Part shown: in pieces, positions 19,486 to 30,095 of the stretch
Layout of the letters: each line of letters starts with the position of its first letter
Numbering within the stretch: the stretch's first letter is position 1
Origin: a bacterium
GTDB lineage: Bacteria > Zhuqueibacterota > Zhuqueibacteria > Oceanimicrobiales > Oceanimicrobiaceae
DNA: 64,000 bases
Assembly (NCBI GenBank): GCA_046757165.1
Contig: JBHHXT010000003.1
Span: forward strand, 1-64,000
Direction: 5' to 3'
The notes under the pieces: generated by a model
What the model saw: only the letters and a program-made list of their open reading frames with translations
Database searches by the model: none
Told to the model about the DNA's origin: nothing
Program-made: the position numbers and the translations under genes

Positions 19486-21320
19486 GACGCTGCGCCACTT
19501 TGCAATTTCTTGATCTTGTTACTCAGCTCCCGTTCCATAATCGCAATCGCATTGCCGTCTGTCCGCCCTTCTGTGAGATAGTAATTGGCGACAATAGAAT
19601 TGATCTCCGCCCGCTTGGGGGTGAGGAGGTGCAACTTCAAAACCATTTCGAAGATCTTGATCGCCTGCTTATCCCGGCGATCTTCGAGTAAGTAGAGGTT
19701 GGCCAGGACCGGGTAGAGCTTGACTTTTTCCGGTTTCTTGTCGAGAGATTTCTCATAATTTTCAGCGGCTTTGGCATAGTTTCCCTGTAATAAGTACAGG
19801 CGTGCTCGGGTCGTTGGCGAAAATATGAGCGCGCCAGCCACCGGCAGAAGCAAGACAGAAAGCGTCGCCCCGATCCATAAAAAGACATTGCTTCCGGACT
19901 CTTGTGAGATTTGGCTTTGGTTATTGTTTTTCTGGAGGTTGAATTGTGCGTCAGCCAGCTTATTGTTGATATTCTCGTAGTCCGGATCCAGGAGCTTTAC
20001 TTTTTCAAAGGCCAGCACTGCCTGCAGCCAGTCGCCGTTTTGGAGCGCGAACAGCCCGTCGCGATACAGGGTGTCCACCGCGGTGGATTGTTGCGTCAAG
20101 GCGTGTCTGATGCTGATGAGCTGCGCTTCGATATCCCTGAAGCCCGGGCTCAGGGTCTCCAGCTCCTTGAAAGATGCCAACGCCTGGTCCCACCTTTTGG
20201 CCGCCATCTGAGCTGTGCCCTGCTCATAGAGCTCGGTTAGCTGCGATTCTCGTGCTTGCGCCCTGGACCGTCCCTGTTTGACCTGGCGCACCAGCCTGGC
20301 GACATCCTTGTAGCCGGGGTCGATGTTCTGAACGCTGGCGAAGTGGTTGAGCGCCTGGCGCCAGTTTTGGCTCCGCAGAGCGGCAACACCGTTTTGGTAG
20401 GTGCGCTCCAGCTCATCCTCCTGAACCGCGTTGTCTGCCAGGTCGCGGAGTCGCTGCAGCCTGGCCTGGGCATCGCGAAAGTTGGCATCCGCTTTGACGA
20501 TTTGTTCCAGCAATTTGATCGCTTCCTGCCAATTCTTCTCCTGTGCAAGCTTTGCGGCGCGGTCGTAAAGCGCGTTTGTGTTTCGGCTTTGCCGGTTCGC
20601 CTGCAAAGCCGTCTTTGCTTCCCGCACTTTGGCCTGAACCTCGCGGAAGCTCGGGTCCGATTGTATAACTTCGTTGAATGCCGCCAGTGCCTGCTCATAG
20701 CGTTCATTATTGAAATAGGACAGGCCGCGGTGGTAGACCTCGTTGAGTGATTTCTTGTCTGTCGCCTCCCTGAGCAACCGGTCGAACTCGCGTGCGTTTT
20801 GAGGCCAAAGGTCTCTGCCTTGCTCCAGCTCGATCACGGCCTGGGCAAACTGGCCGCGCAGCATATAGATTTGACCGAGCTCGTAGGCGATGCGTCCTTT
20901 CAAAGCGCGGTTGTTCGCCAGATCTTTTGCTCCTTTGAGCGCCTCCCGGGCGCGCTCGATGTTGCCCACAGTTGCATGCAGCGTGCCGAGCTCAAACAGG
21001 ATCCTGGTTTTGATATCGTTGTTCAGGGCATAGGGATTGGTGAAGTATGCTTTGTTGAGGGCGACTTCTGCTTCGGGATACAACCCCTTGGTTTTGTATG
21101 CCAGCCCCAGGTAGAAATATGCTTCGACGTAGTTCGGATCGAGCTGCGTGCTGCGCTCAAATGCGTCGATTCTATCGTCGACTGCGGTTGCGTCCAGTCC
21201 TTTTTGAAACCAGTCGGATGCTGATGTTTGGCTGTGGAGGGACGGGATGAAAACCCCTGTGACGATAGCAAAAGCGGCGACCGAACTCAACCGGTTCAAC
21301 AGTGATAGACCGTTTGTCAT
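19482..21320 (-). CDS. Exported TPR protein with TM anchor and cytoplasmic TPR-like tail
   Basis: Signal peptide, TPR repeats (P-x-Y/F-x-D/E-A/V/I), TM near aa 480-500; tail paralogous to 40907-41317. Confidence 0.8.
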   Translation of the reverse strand: MTNGLSLLNRLSSVAAFAIVTGVFIPSLHSQTSASDWFQKGLDATAVDDRIDAFERSTQLDPNYVEAYFYLGLAYKTKGLYPEAEVALNKAYFTNPYALNNDIKTRILFELGTLHATVGNIERAREALKGAKDLANNRALKGRIAYELGQIYMLRGQFAQAVIELEQGRDLWPQNAREFDRLLREATDKKSLNEVYHRGLSYFNNERYEQALAAFNEVIQSDPSFREVQAKVREAKTALQANRQSRNTNALYDRAAKLAQEKNWQEAIKLLEQIVKADANFRDAQARLQRLRDLADNAVQEDELERTYQNGVAALRSQNWRQALNHFASVQNIDPGYKDVARLVRQVKQGRSRAQARESQLTELYEQGTAQMAAKRWDQALASFKELETLSPGFRDIEAQLISIRHALTQQSTAVDTLYRDGLFALQNGDWLQAVLAFEKVKLLDPDYENINNKLADAQFNLQKNNNQSQISQESGSNVFLWIGATLSVLLLPVAGALIFSPTTRARLYLLQGNYAKAAENYEKSLDKKPEKVKLYPVLANLYLLEDRRDKQAIKIFEMVLKLHLLTPKRAEINSIVANYYLTEGRTDGNAIAIMERELSNKIKKLQSGAAS

Positions 21321-21385
21321 GACACCTTCTTAATTGTTGCTTCTCGAGATACCTGAGGGTCGATCGTGGACCCTCGAGTCAGTGA

Positions 21386-23881
21386 TCAGGCTTTGCTTGC
21401 GCGAGCCTGGTTTTGTGCTATCTTCCTTTCACGCGCACTTTTGGTTCTGTAAGTGATAAACCCGACCGCAAGGAACAGCAATCCCACGGTAGCCGCCAGG
21501 ATATTGTATGCGGCAGAGCTTGGAGGGGCGTAGGCTGCGTACCCCGTGTGCTGCGCGTTGCCATACGCCTGGCCCCACACCACGTGGTTCTCGCTGATCC
21601 GTGAGTTGCTCTGGATCGTGTAGATGTGCCCATCTTTACGCCGGAAAATGAGATCGAGATGGCCGTTGCCTTCCAGGTCAGCCACCAGGAATGGGGAAAC
21701 GACCGGGTTGCCCTCGTTTTGAAACCGAGCAATGATCTTGCCGCTGCGACCGTTGAAGATGAAAACCGAGCCGCCAACACTGCCCATCACCACGTCGTTG
21801 CCGCCATCCTTATCCAGGTCCACGAGCGTTGTGGGCGTGGTGAAGAAGTCATCGCCATCGGCGTAGTACTCCCAGGCCACTTTCTTGCGTTGCCTGGAAT
21901 CTGCTGCGCCATGCAACACCTTCAAGGAGCGATTGGAGATCAAGACGATATCCTCAAACTCGTCATCGTTCAAGTTTCCAGACACCGGCGCAAGCGCCTC
22001 GTCGATGAAATTGAATTCGTTGTGCAGCTTTTCATGCCACAGCCGGTTGAACGTGTTGCTTTCGATGGCGAGGTGGCTTCCGCTGGTCGAGGCGAGCACC
22101 AGGTCGATCAGGCCATTTCCGTTCACGTCTGTCATCGCGATGGGATAGCGCAGCATGTGCTCCTTCGTGCCGTCGTCCGTCGCCGTGCTGACCGCCTGGT
22201 TGAAATCAAACACGCTTCGGACCGCGCCGGCACCGCCATCGATGATGAGCAGCTTGCCTTCATCGGTCCCCACAAATACTTCGGCCCTGCCATCACCATC
22301 CCAGTCCATAGAGGAGGGCACGGCGTCGATGGTCAGCCCGGTCTCGAGGCGCTTCCAGACCATCTGAAAGACATCGCCGTAACCAATATGCACCTGACCC
22401 GTGCGCGTGCAGATGGCGACATCGGGCAGGTCATCGCCGTTGAGGTCATTGACCACGGCCGGCCCGCTGACCATGTCTCCCAGGATAGGACTCAGCCAGA
22501 TTTCCGCGCCGTTGCTGCCATCGAGCGCGCGCAGACGGCCGTCCTGCCCGACGACAACCACGTCCTGCAAGCGATTCTTGTTCAGATCGGCCAGCACGAT
22601 CGGAATGTGCGGCATGATGCGGACCTGGTCGTTCTGCCAAACCGTGTTCTTGGTGCTCCCTTCCAGGGCCTTCAGTCGACCGGCGGCGTCAGTGAAAACA
22701 ACGTTGACCCTGCCATCACCGGTGAGATCCGCGGCCGCAAGATTCGCCTGCGAGTGGCTCCGGTCGCGGGCAAAGGCGAGCTGCTTTGACGCGGCTTCAT
22801 CCTGGTACCAGGTTTCCTCAACGACTTTGAGCTTGTCCGGCTTGTTGGTGACCGCCAGGCGGGTTTGACAGGAGATTCCCAGCAAAACGAGCGTCGAGAG
22901 CGCGAACACCACGGATGACATCATCGCGAGTGTGTAGGCATGACGGACCCACCAGGTGCCGGCTTTTTTCGGCGGTTTCAGATCCGGATTGGCCCGACTG
23001 ATCATGCGAAGGATCGTGCTCTTCTGGTCGCTGACGATTTCGATTTCATCCCCCTCATAGACCGGATACTCGTCCTCCGGCTGCAATTTGACCTGGTTGA
23101 CGTACGTCCGGGTCTTGCTGCGTTTGTCACTGACATAGAATTTGTTCTTCCGGTAGCTGACCGTGGCATGCCGGCGTGAGATGCTGGGATCGAGCGCCCC
23201 TTTCTCGGTGTTGCGAATGACAATGTCATTGAGCGTGTTGTCACGGCCGATTTTGGTGTCTCCGAGGTTGAGGGGATATTTTTTGCCGATGTAGGGCCCA
23301 TAGACGGCGACCAGGGAATAGGCGGATTGCGCGCGGCTGTTCTGTTTTGTTTGCGGGGCCGCTGAATCGAGCGGGGGAGCCTCTGGCAACGCCTCGATTT
23401 CATAAAACTCGCTGGTCTGCGCCTCAGCAGGCGTGGTTTCGACCGAAACGGTGTCGGTGATGGAAGACTTGCGCCCGTCCGGCTTCGCCGAGGGGTAGTG
23501 GTAGGCGTTGCCGAAATCATCCTCGCCAATGACCTCGATTTCCTCTGACTGAGAATCGAAGGTGTAGGGTTTGTTGTCGAAAGTAATGGTGAGCCCGCCC
23601 ACCGACAGCTCATCCCCATGGACAAACTGCAAGCGATAGCGCAGCGGACGACCATTGATCAGAATGGGCGGTGTTTCGCTCAGAGGCTCCAGATAGAAAC
23701 TGTTGTTTTGCCGTTCGATTCTGAGCTGCTTGCTGGCGAGGGGTTGACTCCGAAGAGCGATGTCGTTGTCCGGCGCTGCCCCCAGCGTGTAAACCGACTT
23801 CGACCTCTCGAGTTCGATGACTTGCACGATTTCAGATTTTTTCTTGATGATAAGCTTTGGCATAGCGGGAACCTTCATCAT
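21386..23881 (-). CDS. Tandem FHA - TM - FG-GAP beta-propeller - TM protein (copy B)
   Basis: IGRD...ISRRHA FHA motif; about 8 D-x-D/N-x-D/N-G-type repeats; two TM segments. Confidence 0.85.
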   Translation of the reverse strand: MMKVPAMPKLIIKKKSEIVQVIELERSKSVYTLGAAPDNDIALRSQPLASKQLRIERQNNSFYLEPLSETPPILINGRPLRYRLQFVHGDELSVGGLTITFDNKPYTFDSQSEEIEVIGEDDFGNAYHYPSAKPDGRKSSITDTVSVETTPAEAQTSEFYEIEALPEAPPLDSAAPQTKQNSRAQSAYSLVAVYGPYIGKKYPLNLGDTKIGRDNTLNDIVIRNTEKGALDPSISRRHATVSYRKNKFYVSDKRSKTRTYVNQVKLQPEDEYPVYEGDEIEIVSDQKSTILRMISRANPDLKPPKKAGTWWVRHAYTLAMMSSVVFALSTLVLLGISCQTRLAVTNKPDKLKVVEETWYQDEAASKQLAFARDRSHSQANLAAADLTGDGRVNVVFTDAAGRLKALEGSTKNTVWQNDQVRIMPHIPIVLADLNKNRLQDVVVVGQDGRLRALDGSNGAEIWLSPILGDMVSGPAVVNDLNGDDLPDVAICTRTGQVHIGYGDVFQMVWKRLETGLTIDAVPSSMDWDGDGRAEVFVGTDEGKLLIIDGGAGAVRSVFDFNQAVSTATDDGTKEHMLRYPIAMTDVNGNGLIDLVLASTSGSHLAIESNTFNRLWHEKLHNEFNFIDEALAPVSGNLNDDEFEDIVLISNRSLKVLHGAADSRQRKKVAWEYYADGDDFFTTPTTLVDLDKDGGNDVVMGSVGGSVFIFNGRSGKIIARFQNEGNPVVSPFLVADLEGNGHLDLIFRRKDGHIYTIQSNSRISENHVVWGQAYGNAQHTGYAAYAPPSSAAYNILAATVGLLFLAVGFITYRTKSARERKIAQNQARASKA

Positions 23882-26448
23882 TTCTTGGGTAGATTGAACT
23901 CGATCAGATTCAAAGCCGCTGCGCTGATCACTACAGACTGCTCCCGGTACTCATAGCCATTCTTGCTGGTGCGAAAAAGATAGAGCCCGGGTGCGAGGCT
24001 GCCGTTGACCGTCCCTTCCTGATCGGTAATGTCAAACCGCTCGGGTGTGGCCGCGGGATTGTCCAGGGATTTGAGCCTGACTTCGACATTGCTGAGCGGG
24101 GCGTGTGTTTCTTTGTCGAGGATGACAACCGAGTAGCGGCCGTTGGCCGGCTCCATTCTGGCGGTCACAATCCTGTCCCTGGCCGAAACCTTGATGCGCA
24201 CATCTTTGTAGCCCGCTTTTGAAAAGGTCGCATAGTACTCCTGTGGCGCGAGATTGACCACAAAAGGCGTGCGCCTGCCGGCTAAGACGGTTTTCTTGCC
24301 GCGCACCAACCTGGTGACAGCGGCTTTCAAATCTTTGCTCTTGCCATCGGTTGCGTCATAGGCCACAAACCTGACCTTGCGAGTCAATGACGCAAACATC
24401 TTTTCAGGCGTCTTGTTATTGACCATCACCGTGAGGGTGCGTGGGTTGTAGCCTTTTTTCTCGAGCACAATTTTGTGCCTGGCCGCGGTCAAAAAAACGC
24501 GACTCTTGCCGGTCGTGCCGACAGGATTCGGGTTGTTGTCGAGGTAAATGGCCGCGTTCTCCGGCGTCGAATGGATGACGACATACTTCCCGAAACGGCC
24601 GCGCACTTTGTAATGTAGCGTTGGGTTCGTGACCTTTTCAAACGACCACAACCGCCGGTCGTCGATCTCCTCCAGCATCTCTTCGGTATCGAGCGCAAAG
24701 CCGGTCAGCTCGCTGAAGCCGGCTTTGGCGAGCTCGAGCTCGCAGCGCTCCCCGACTTCCCAGGTCACCGAGCAGGGGGTTGTCTGGCCATACTTGACAT
24801 TGTTGATGTAAACCTGAGCGCCCGATGGCTCAGATGCAATCTCCAGTGTTGTCTTGAAGCGAAAAGTGTACGGAGCGTTGCCGTTGCGCATCTGTTCCCC
24901 CTTGACTTCCGCCTGGCCTTTTCCCGGAACGAACAAAGATTTCACAATCGGCCGGTAGGGCTCGAGCTTGAGCTTGAGCTCGTAGACCCCGGGCTCGATC
25001 TTGTCGATGGTCAACGGGGTGACGCCTTTGATAAGCTTGTCATTCAAGTAGACCCGGGCGCCATTTGGCACAGAGACGACTTTTATGGCAGGGGGCAAGA
25101 TGAAGTCGTACACGCCCGCGCCAAGCCCTGTCCATTGAAAGAATACATCCAGAAGCAGAAACAAGGCCACGACTGCGCCGGTGATCCACAATGTTCGCTT
25201 CAGGCCACTGCGATTTTCGCGTGTGGAGAGTCGTACGACGTCGATGACCGTCTTTATCTCATCCCCCACCTCGAAGTAATCCGGTGGCTTGACCAGAGAC
25301 GTGGCAGTCGTGGGTTGTGGCAGGGAGGCCAGATTCTCTGTTTTGACTTCGTGCTTAGAGCGGCTGGTGTGCTCGCCATTCGCGACCTCGGTTTGCGAGG
25401 TGGAATTGTTCTGAACTCCCTGTGGAGCCGGGGATTTTTTTCCCACATCATCGAGCACCACATCAGAGAGTTCATCGGAATGTGCCAGTCCAAATTTCTT
25501 CACAGGCGGACTGAGGGGGCCCACAGGCTCTGTGCACACCCGGACAAAAGTGCCAAGCTCCGTGTCGATGGCTGCGGCATCGCTGTTCAACACCAGGTAC
25601 GTGACCAGATCGATATAAAACTGGTTGGCATTTTGATACCGTTTTTGCGGAGATTTCTCCAGGGCCTTGCTCATGACTTGCTGCAGCGGTTTGGGTACTC
25701 GAGCTGAGTGTTTGAGTTTGAGTCGGCCATTCCGCAGCGTTTCGATAATCATGTGCTGTTCCCGGTGGGAGAAGAACCGTCTGCCTTCCAGCAGCTCGTA
25801 CAAAACCAGACCGAGGGAAAAAATGTCCGAGCGCCTGTCCATCGTCAACGCCGCGTTGACATGTTCCGGCGACATGTACTGGACTTTGCCTTGCAGCATG
25901 AGCGAATCTTTTTCCTCGATCGCCGCCTTCTGGGCGCCCGCAATGCCAAAGTCGATGAGCTTGACGCCGCCGGATTTGGAAATCATGATGTTGCTCGGCG
26001 AGACGTCCTGGTGCACGAGGTTGAGCGGCTCGTGATTTTCCGTATTGCTGCAGTTGTGGGCATAATCGAGCGCCTTACAGATTTCTGCCACGATGTGGAC
26101 GGCCAGATGTTGCGGCAACGCGCGCTCCTTCGCTTTGCTTTGCTTTAACAAGGTGCTCAGGTCCAGGCCATCGATGTACTCCATGACGATGTAGAATTGT
26201 CCCGAGTCCGTCCGCACCAGATCGAAAATGTGAACAATGTTCTGGTGGTTCATCTTCGCGACGTGACGGGCTTCCTTCTGGAACTGCTCGATATACCAGG
26301 CGTCCTGCAAGAGATCGCGATTGATTTCCTTGACGGCGATGTCTTTGGCCAGCACGCTGTCGTAGCCCTTGTAGATGGTGCCAAATCCCCCGCGCTTGAT
26401 CACCGTGATGAGCTGATAGCGGTTGTTGAGTAGCTTGAGCGCCTGCAT
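23878..26448 (-). CDS. Membrane Ser/Thr kinase with PEGA repeats (copy B)
   Basis: RGGFGTIY, IAVKE, HQDVSPSN, DFG, YMSPE; TM; S-x-P-x-GA-x-VY...G-x-TP PEGA repeats. Confidence 0.9.
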   Translation of the reverse strand: MQALKLLNNRYQLITVIKRGGFGTIYKGYDSVLAKDIAVKEINRDLLQDAWYIEQFQKEARHVAKMNHQNIVHIFDLVRTDSGQFYIVMEYIDGLDLSTLLKQSKAKERALPQHLAVHIVAEICKALDYAHNCSNTENHEPLNLVHQDVSPSNIMISKSGGVKLIDFGIAGAQKAAIEEKDSLMLQGKVQYMSPEHVNAALTMDRRSDIFSLGLVLYELLEGRRFFSHREQHMIIETLRNGRLKLKHSARVPKPLQQVMSKALEKSPQKRYQNANQFYIDLVTYLVLNSDAAAIDTELGTFVRVCTEPVGPLSPPVKKFGLAHSDELSDVVLDDVGKKSPAPQGVQNNSTSQTEVANGEHTSRSKHEVKTENLASLPQPTTATSLVKPPDYFEVGDEIKTVIDVVRLSTRENRSGLKRTLWITGAVVALFLLLDVFFQWTGLGAGVYDFILPPAIKVVSVPNGARVYLNDKLIKGVTPLTIDKIEPGVYELKLKLEPYRPIVKSLFVPGKGQAEVKGEQMRNGNAPYTFRFKTTLEIASEPSGAQVYINNVKYGQTTPCSVTWEVGERCELELAKAGFSELTGFALDTEEMLEEIDDRRLWSFEKVTNPTLHYKVRGRFGKYVVIHSTPENAAIYLDNNPNPVGTTGKSRVFLTAARHKIVLEKKGYNPRTLTVMVNNKTPEKMFASLTRKVRFVAYDATDGKSKDLKAAVTRLVRGKKTVLAGRRTPFVVNLAPQEYYATFSKAGYKDVRIKVSARDRIVTARMEPANGRYSVVILDKETHAPLSNVEVRLKSLDNPAATPERFDITDQEGTVNGSLAPGLYLFRTSKNGYEYREQSVVISAAALNLIEFNLPKK

Positions 26449-26515
26449 AGATTACGCTGAATTAACCCTCGATGATGTGATATATTTGCGATTCCCTTCC
26501 ACTCTGATTAACCTC

Positions 26516-27715
26516 TTAGTTGTTGATATATGCCACTTCTTTCCTGTCCAGCAGTCTCGGGAAATAAGGCGGTGTCCGTTCTTTCAGCCTTAGATCATAG
26601 ACGTGGTTGCGCAGGTAACCATTTGCGACCGTGCCACCGACGACCACGCCGGACGGTCGGTCCTGATAGACGGCCAGCGAGCCGAACATGGTCAGAGTGC
26701 CTTTGGGGCCTCCTGTGCTGTACCCGTCGACCTTGAACTCGTTCAGGGCCATCATGGCCGCGTCGATTTCAACATTGGTGAAATCCTTCTTCACCCGGAT
26801 GTTGTGCTTGGCGATCAAGCCAAGATAGTCATTTGAGCCTTGCATGCTTCTGGGATCGTTGAGGTAAACGATCGAGCTGTCGACTACGATGTCGTGCTCG
26901 GCCAGGATGGTGACCTGCCCGCCAACCACGCCCTTGATGTGAATATTGTTGGTCCCGGTCAGCATGATCGTCCCGTTTCTAGCACTGATCAGGGAGTTGC
27001 CGGAGGCCGCGCCTTGCGTCCAATCATAGGAGCTGTCGGCTTTGAAAGTCAGGTGCAGGTCGGCGCCGGCAAAGAGATGACCGCCGGCAGTGATGACCTG
27101 CTCGAGTGGCACCAGGGCGGCGTTGTTCGGCAAATGGATTGCGTCGATGCCGAATTCGACGCCGCCGAAGGCCCTCGCTTCAGTGGTCATGACGTCGACG
27201 ATGTTGAAGCCGCTGGCGGTAGAGGAGACTTTGCTGAAAAAAACGGGATTGCCGTCGATGGTGATGGAGGTATTGGCATGAATCGCTCCCACCAGCGTAT
27301 CGCCCGTGGTGTAAATGATATCCGAAAGCCAGGTTGCGCCGTCAACAAAGTAATAATAATAGGAATAGGCTGGCCGCATCATCACAATTGTGGTAGAATC
27401 GGCGACGCCGTCATAGGTACAGACGATGGTCATGAGACTCTTCTTGGCTTCGGTCGTCGAGTCAGCGGTAATGTCTTGCAACATCAACTCGCAACTGACG
27501 TCGCCGAATGAGAAGGTTCCGGCAGCATTGGTTGACTTTATCGCCTTTGAAATGACAACGTTGCTGATGCTTTCTTTGGCATTGCGAGCGATGATTTTCT
27601 TGTATTGCTCCACAAGCGCCCGTGAGGAGCGTTGCTGGCTGGAGGTCACATTGAACATCATACCGCCGAAAATGGTGGAGAAGCCCAAAACGATGATCAA
27701 AAGCGCTCTACCCAT
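26516..27715 (-). CDS. PilX-like minor pilin with large C-terminal domain
   Basis: MGRALLIIVL hydrophobic N-terminus, IARNA...S helix, GAIHAN, YDLRL...PPYFP C-terminus. Confidence 0.6.
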   Translation of the reverse strand: MGRALLIIVLGFSTIFGGMMFNVTSSQQRSSRALVEQYKKIIARNAKESISNVVISKAIKSTNAAGTFSFGDVSCELMLQDITADSTTEAKKSLMTIVCTYDGVADSTTIVMMRPAYSYYYYFVDGATWLSDIIYTTGDTLVGAIHANTSITIDGNPVFFSKVSSTASGFNIVDVMTTEARAFGGVEFGIDAIHLPNNAALVPLEQVITAGGHLFAGADLHLTFKADSSYDWTQGAASGNSLISARNGTIMLTGTNNIHIKGVVGGQVTILAEHDIVVDSSIVYLNDPRSMQGSNDYLGLIAKHNIRVKKDFTNVEIDAAMMALNEFKVDGYSTGGPKGTLTMFGSLAVYQDRPSGVVVGGTVANGYLRNHVYDLRLKERTPPYFPRLLDRKEVAYINN

Positions 27716-27733
27716 TTCGATTCCCCTAATTGT

Positions 27734-28324
27734 TTAATCAAAATCCGTGTCGCTGATCTTTACCAGATTCTGCGGCACAATCCGTTTGTTCCAAACAACC
27801 CGCGGATACTTCTCGTCGTAGGCGTACAGACTCTCCACGGTCAGCGAGACGTCCAGCATCCTCACCTCCGAGAGGTCTGCGGGGACCGCGGCAAGCTCGT
27901 CGAGCAGCCGGACCGAAAAGCCGACCACGCCGGCGGGCGTGTCCACGGTGTTGACGCCGTCGACCACGCGGTAGAGAATGAAATCGTTGGGGTTCTGGGT
28001 CGCAGCAGCATCAGTATCAGATGGAAGACTGGTGTAGTAGCGCACGAGCTCGGGTGCGCCGTCTTCATTGAGATCGGCCCAAAACGTGATGTCCGAGCTG
28101 TCCGGATTGGCGACGATGGGCGGTAGCGACACCGGCAGACCGGAGCCCATCTTGCGGAAATCACTCTCGATGATTTCCATCAAAGATGCGGTGGATTCTT
28201 GCGCCATCAGCTCGTAGGTCTTTTCCTGCGCGTGCTCGACCAGCCCGCCGTAAAAGCGCATCACACTCAGAAGGAAAAGGCCGCCGATGGCAATACTGCC
28301 GGTCAAGGCAAACATATCGTTCAT
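27734..28324 (-). CDS. PilW-like minor pilin
   Basis: N-terminal hydrophobic helix, DFRKMGS (pilin-like D-x-R-x-x-G), C-terminal IVPQNL. Confidence 0.6.
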   Translation of the reverse strand: MNDMFALTGSIAIGGLFLLSVMRFYGGLVEHAQEKTYELMAQESTASLMEIIESDFRKMGSGLPVSLPPIVANPDSSDITFWADLNEDGAPELVRYYTSLPSDTDAAATQNPNDFILYRVVDGVNTVDTPAGVVGFSVRLLDELAAVPADLSEVRMLDVSLTVESLYAYDEKYPRVVWNKRIVPQNLVKISDTDFD

Positions 28325-28335
28325 GACATCACCCC

Positions 28336-28818
28336 CTAATTCTTTTTGTAAGCAAAAACGTATTGCGCCTGCACCAGATTGGGCAGATACACTGTGTCGA
28401 CCCGGACGGTCAACTTTTTGTAGAAGGTCTGATAGGCCACCGGTAGGCTCAGATCTGCCTCGTCGACATAATTGACCTGAACAGAAACCTCCATCGGCCC
28501 GATAGCAGTCGTGACTGTTCTGGTCAGACCATTAAAATCATCGACGTCATCCACGTTGGGATAGCCTTCGGCACCTCCCGCGCCAAGGGAAAGCGTGAGT
28601 TGGGCCGGGGAGGTGACTGTGCTGTTGATCGTACTTTCATCAAACGCTTTCAGCTTTGCTTCTTCGACAAATCGCTGCGCTAAGCTGAGCGCGACAAACT
28701 CCGCCTGTTGGCCATAGATAGCGTCAGCATGTGTCATGCTGAGGCGATTGACCGTCACGGTGGTTAGAGAAAAAGTCATCAGTGCTGCGATGGTTAGCAA
28801 AAGTTCACGATGTCCCAT
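28336..28818 (-). CDS. PilV-like minor pilin
   Basis: MGHRELLLTI; A-x-x-LA-x-x-x-x-EE helix; DDVDDFNG; KKLTVRV. Confidence 0.6.
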   Translation of the reverse strand: MGHRELLLTIAALMTFSLTTVTVNRLSMTHADAIYGQQAEFVALSLAQRFVEEAKLKAFDESTINSTVTSPAQLTLSLGAGGAEGYPNVDDVDDFNGLTRTVTTAIGPMEVSVQVNYVDEADLSLPVAYQTFYKKLTVRVDTVYLPNLVQAQYVFAYKKN

Positions 28819-28820
28819 GA

Positions 28821-30056
28821 TTACCTCCTGCGACGACTGCTCCGGCCGTTGCGGGCTTTGTTGCCGTTGGCCGATTTCAACTGTCGCACTTTTCTCCTGA
28901 ATTCCTGACGTTTTTTTTCAATGTTGACTCTTTTGTTCGCTGCCCGCGCCGCGATTCGTTCTGCAACCGTGGGCAGGACGCTGGCTTGCAGGATAATGAT
29001 CAGCTCCCGTTTGGTGACCTGTTTGGAGTTGTACCCGAATAGATAGCGCAAGCCAAAAAACCACGGCGGCAGGTCCTTCAAGATTGGGATGCCGCGCCGG
29101 GTGCTGCTGACCTGGTTGGAAAACAACCCGGCGATAATCGTCTCCTCACCGTTGAGCAGCAGGACCTGGGTGTTGCTTTCGGTGATCGCTTTGGTCACTG
29201 CAACCGGGTCGGGGTTGACGCTGCTGCGCTCTGCGTCGATGTCCAGATGAATAAAAAGCGAGTCCGGCCGGCCGATGACCTGTGGGGTCACGGTCAAGAT
29301 GATGCCGGATTCATATTCGGTAAAGCGCGTGTTGCCGGCAAAATCCCGCGTGGTCAAGAAGAAGTTGGTGCCCACTTTGATCTTGCCTTCCTCGCCGTCG
29401 AGCACTTTGATCTGTGGGTTGGCGATGACTTCCCCTTTGTCCAGCGACTCGAAGGTGCGCAGCAGGGCAAACACATCCCAGGTTTGCACCCGGTTGCGTA
29501 ATTCAACGTTGAACAGATCCTTTGTCACTTCATTCGCAAATTTGCTATTGACCCGCACGCGCCCGTCCTTGAGCAAAGACCAGTCGATGCCGGCCTCGGC
29601 CAGGGTGGCATAATCCGCCTCGAAAAACACCGCGTGGATTTCAATTTCGCGCGTTGAGGTGTCGATCAGATCTTCCGGTTCCGGCTTCTGGCCGGCACCG
29701 GTCGCAGACTCGAGCAAGGGCACGACTTCGTAGTATCGCTGTTTCTCGTTATATTTCATCAGGTTGGAGCGCAGAATGTATTCCAGCGCCCGTTTCCAGT
29801 ACATGTTGTTGACCATGACGCTGATCGGCTTGCTGCTTTCTTCGGTGTCGATGATGGTCTTGCCTTCGAACTTCATGGAATACTGACTGAGTATGTCGAG
29901 CGCGGTCTTTAGCGGCAGACTGCGATCAAGGGTGACGCGCTCGTCGGAACGAATGAGGCGCGCCGGAAAGGTCTCTTGTGCCAGGGTGTTTTCTATGTTG
30001 AAATAAACACAAAGCATGGCTATCATCAGGATGCTTAAACGATTTTTTGCTGTCAT
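28821..30056 (-). CDS. Short secretin (PilQ/GspD family)
   Basis: IEIHAVFFE, ANPQIKVLDGEEG, GIILTVTP, GEETIIAGL, GIPILKDLP, ELIII. Confidence 0.85.
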   Translation of the reverse strand: MTAKNRLSILMIAMLCVYFNIENTLAQETFPARLIRSDERVTLDRSLPLKTALDILSQYSMKFEGKTIIDTEESSKPISVMVNNMYWKRALEYILRSNLMKYNEKQRYYEVVPLLESATGAGQKPEPEDLIDTSTREIEIHAVFFEADYATLAEAGIDWSLLKDGRVRVNSKFANEVTKDLFNVELRNRVQTWDVFALLRTFESLDKGEVIANPQIKVLDGEEGKIKVGTNFFLTTRDFAGNTRFTEYESGIILTVTPQVIGRPDSLFIHLDIDAERSSVNPDPVAVTKAITESNTQVLLLNGEETIIAGLFSNQVSSTRRGIPILKDLPPWFFGLRYLFGYNSKQVTKRELIIILQASVLPTVAERIAARAANKRVNIEKKRQEFRRKVRQLKSANGNKARNGRSSRRRR

Positions 30057-30095
30057 TATTAAGACTACTTCCGAATCTGTGCGACTTCTCCGAAT

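Noticed and set aside
21355..21375. GAGGGTC...GACCCTC hairpin
   Set aside because: 7-bp stem with no T-run; not distinguishable from chance.
21626..22789. Long antisense ORFs (also 2695-3666, 7227-8246, 35152-36189, 54094-54969, 61998-62894)
   Set aside because: Shadows of well-supported genes on the opposite strand in GC-rich DNA; no motifs.
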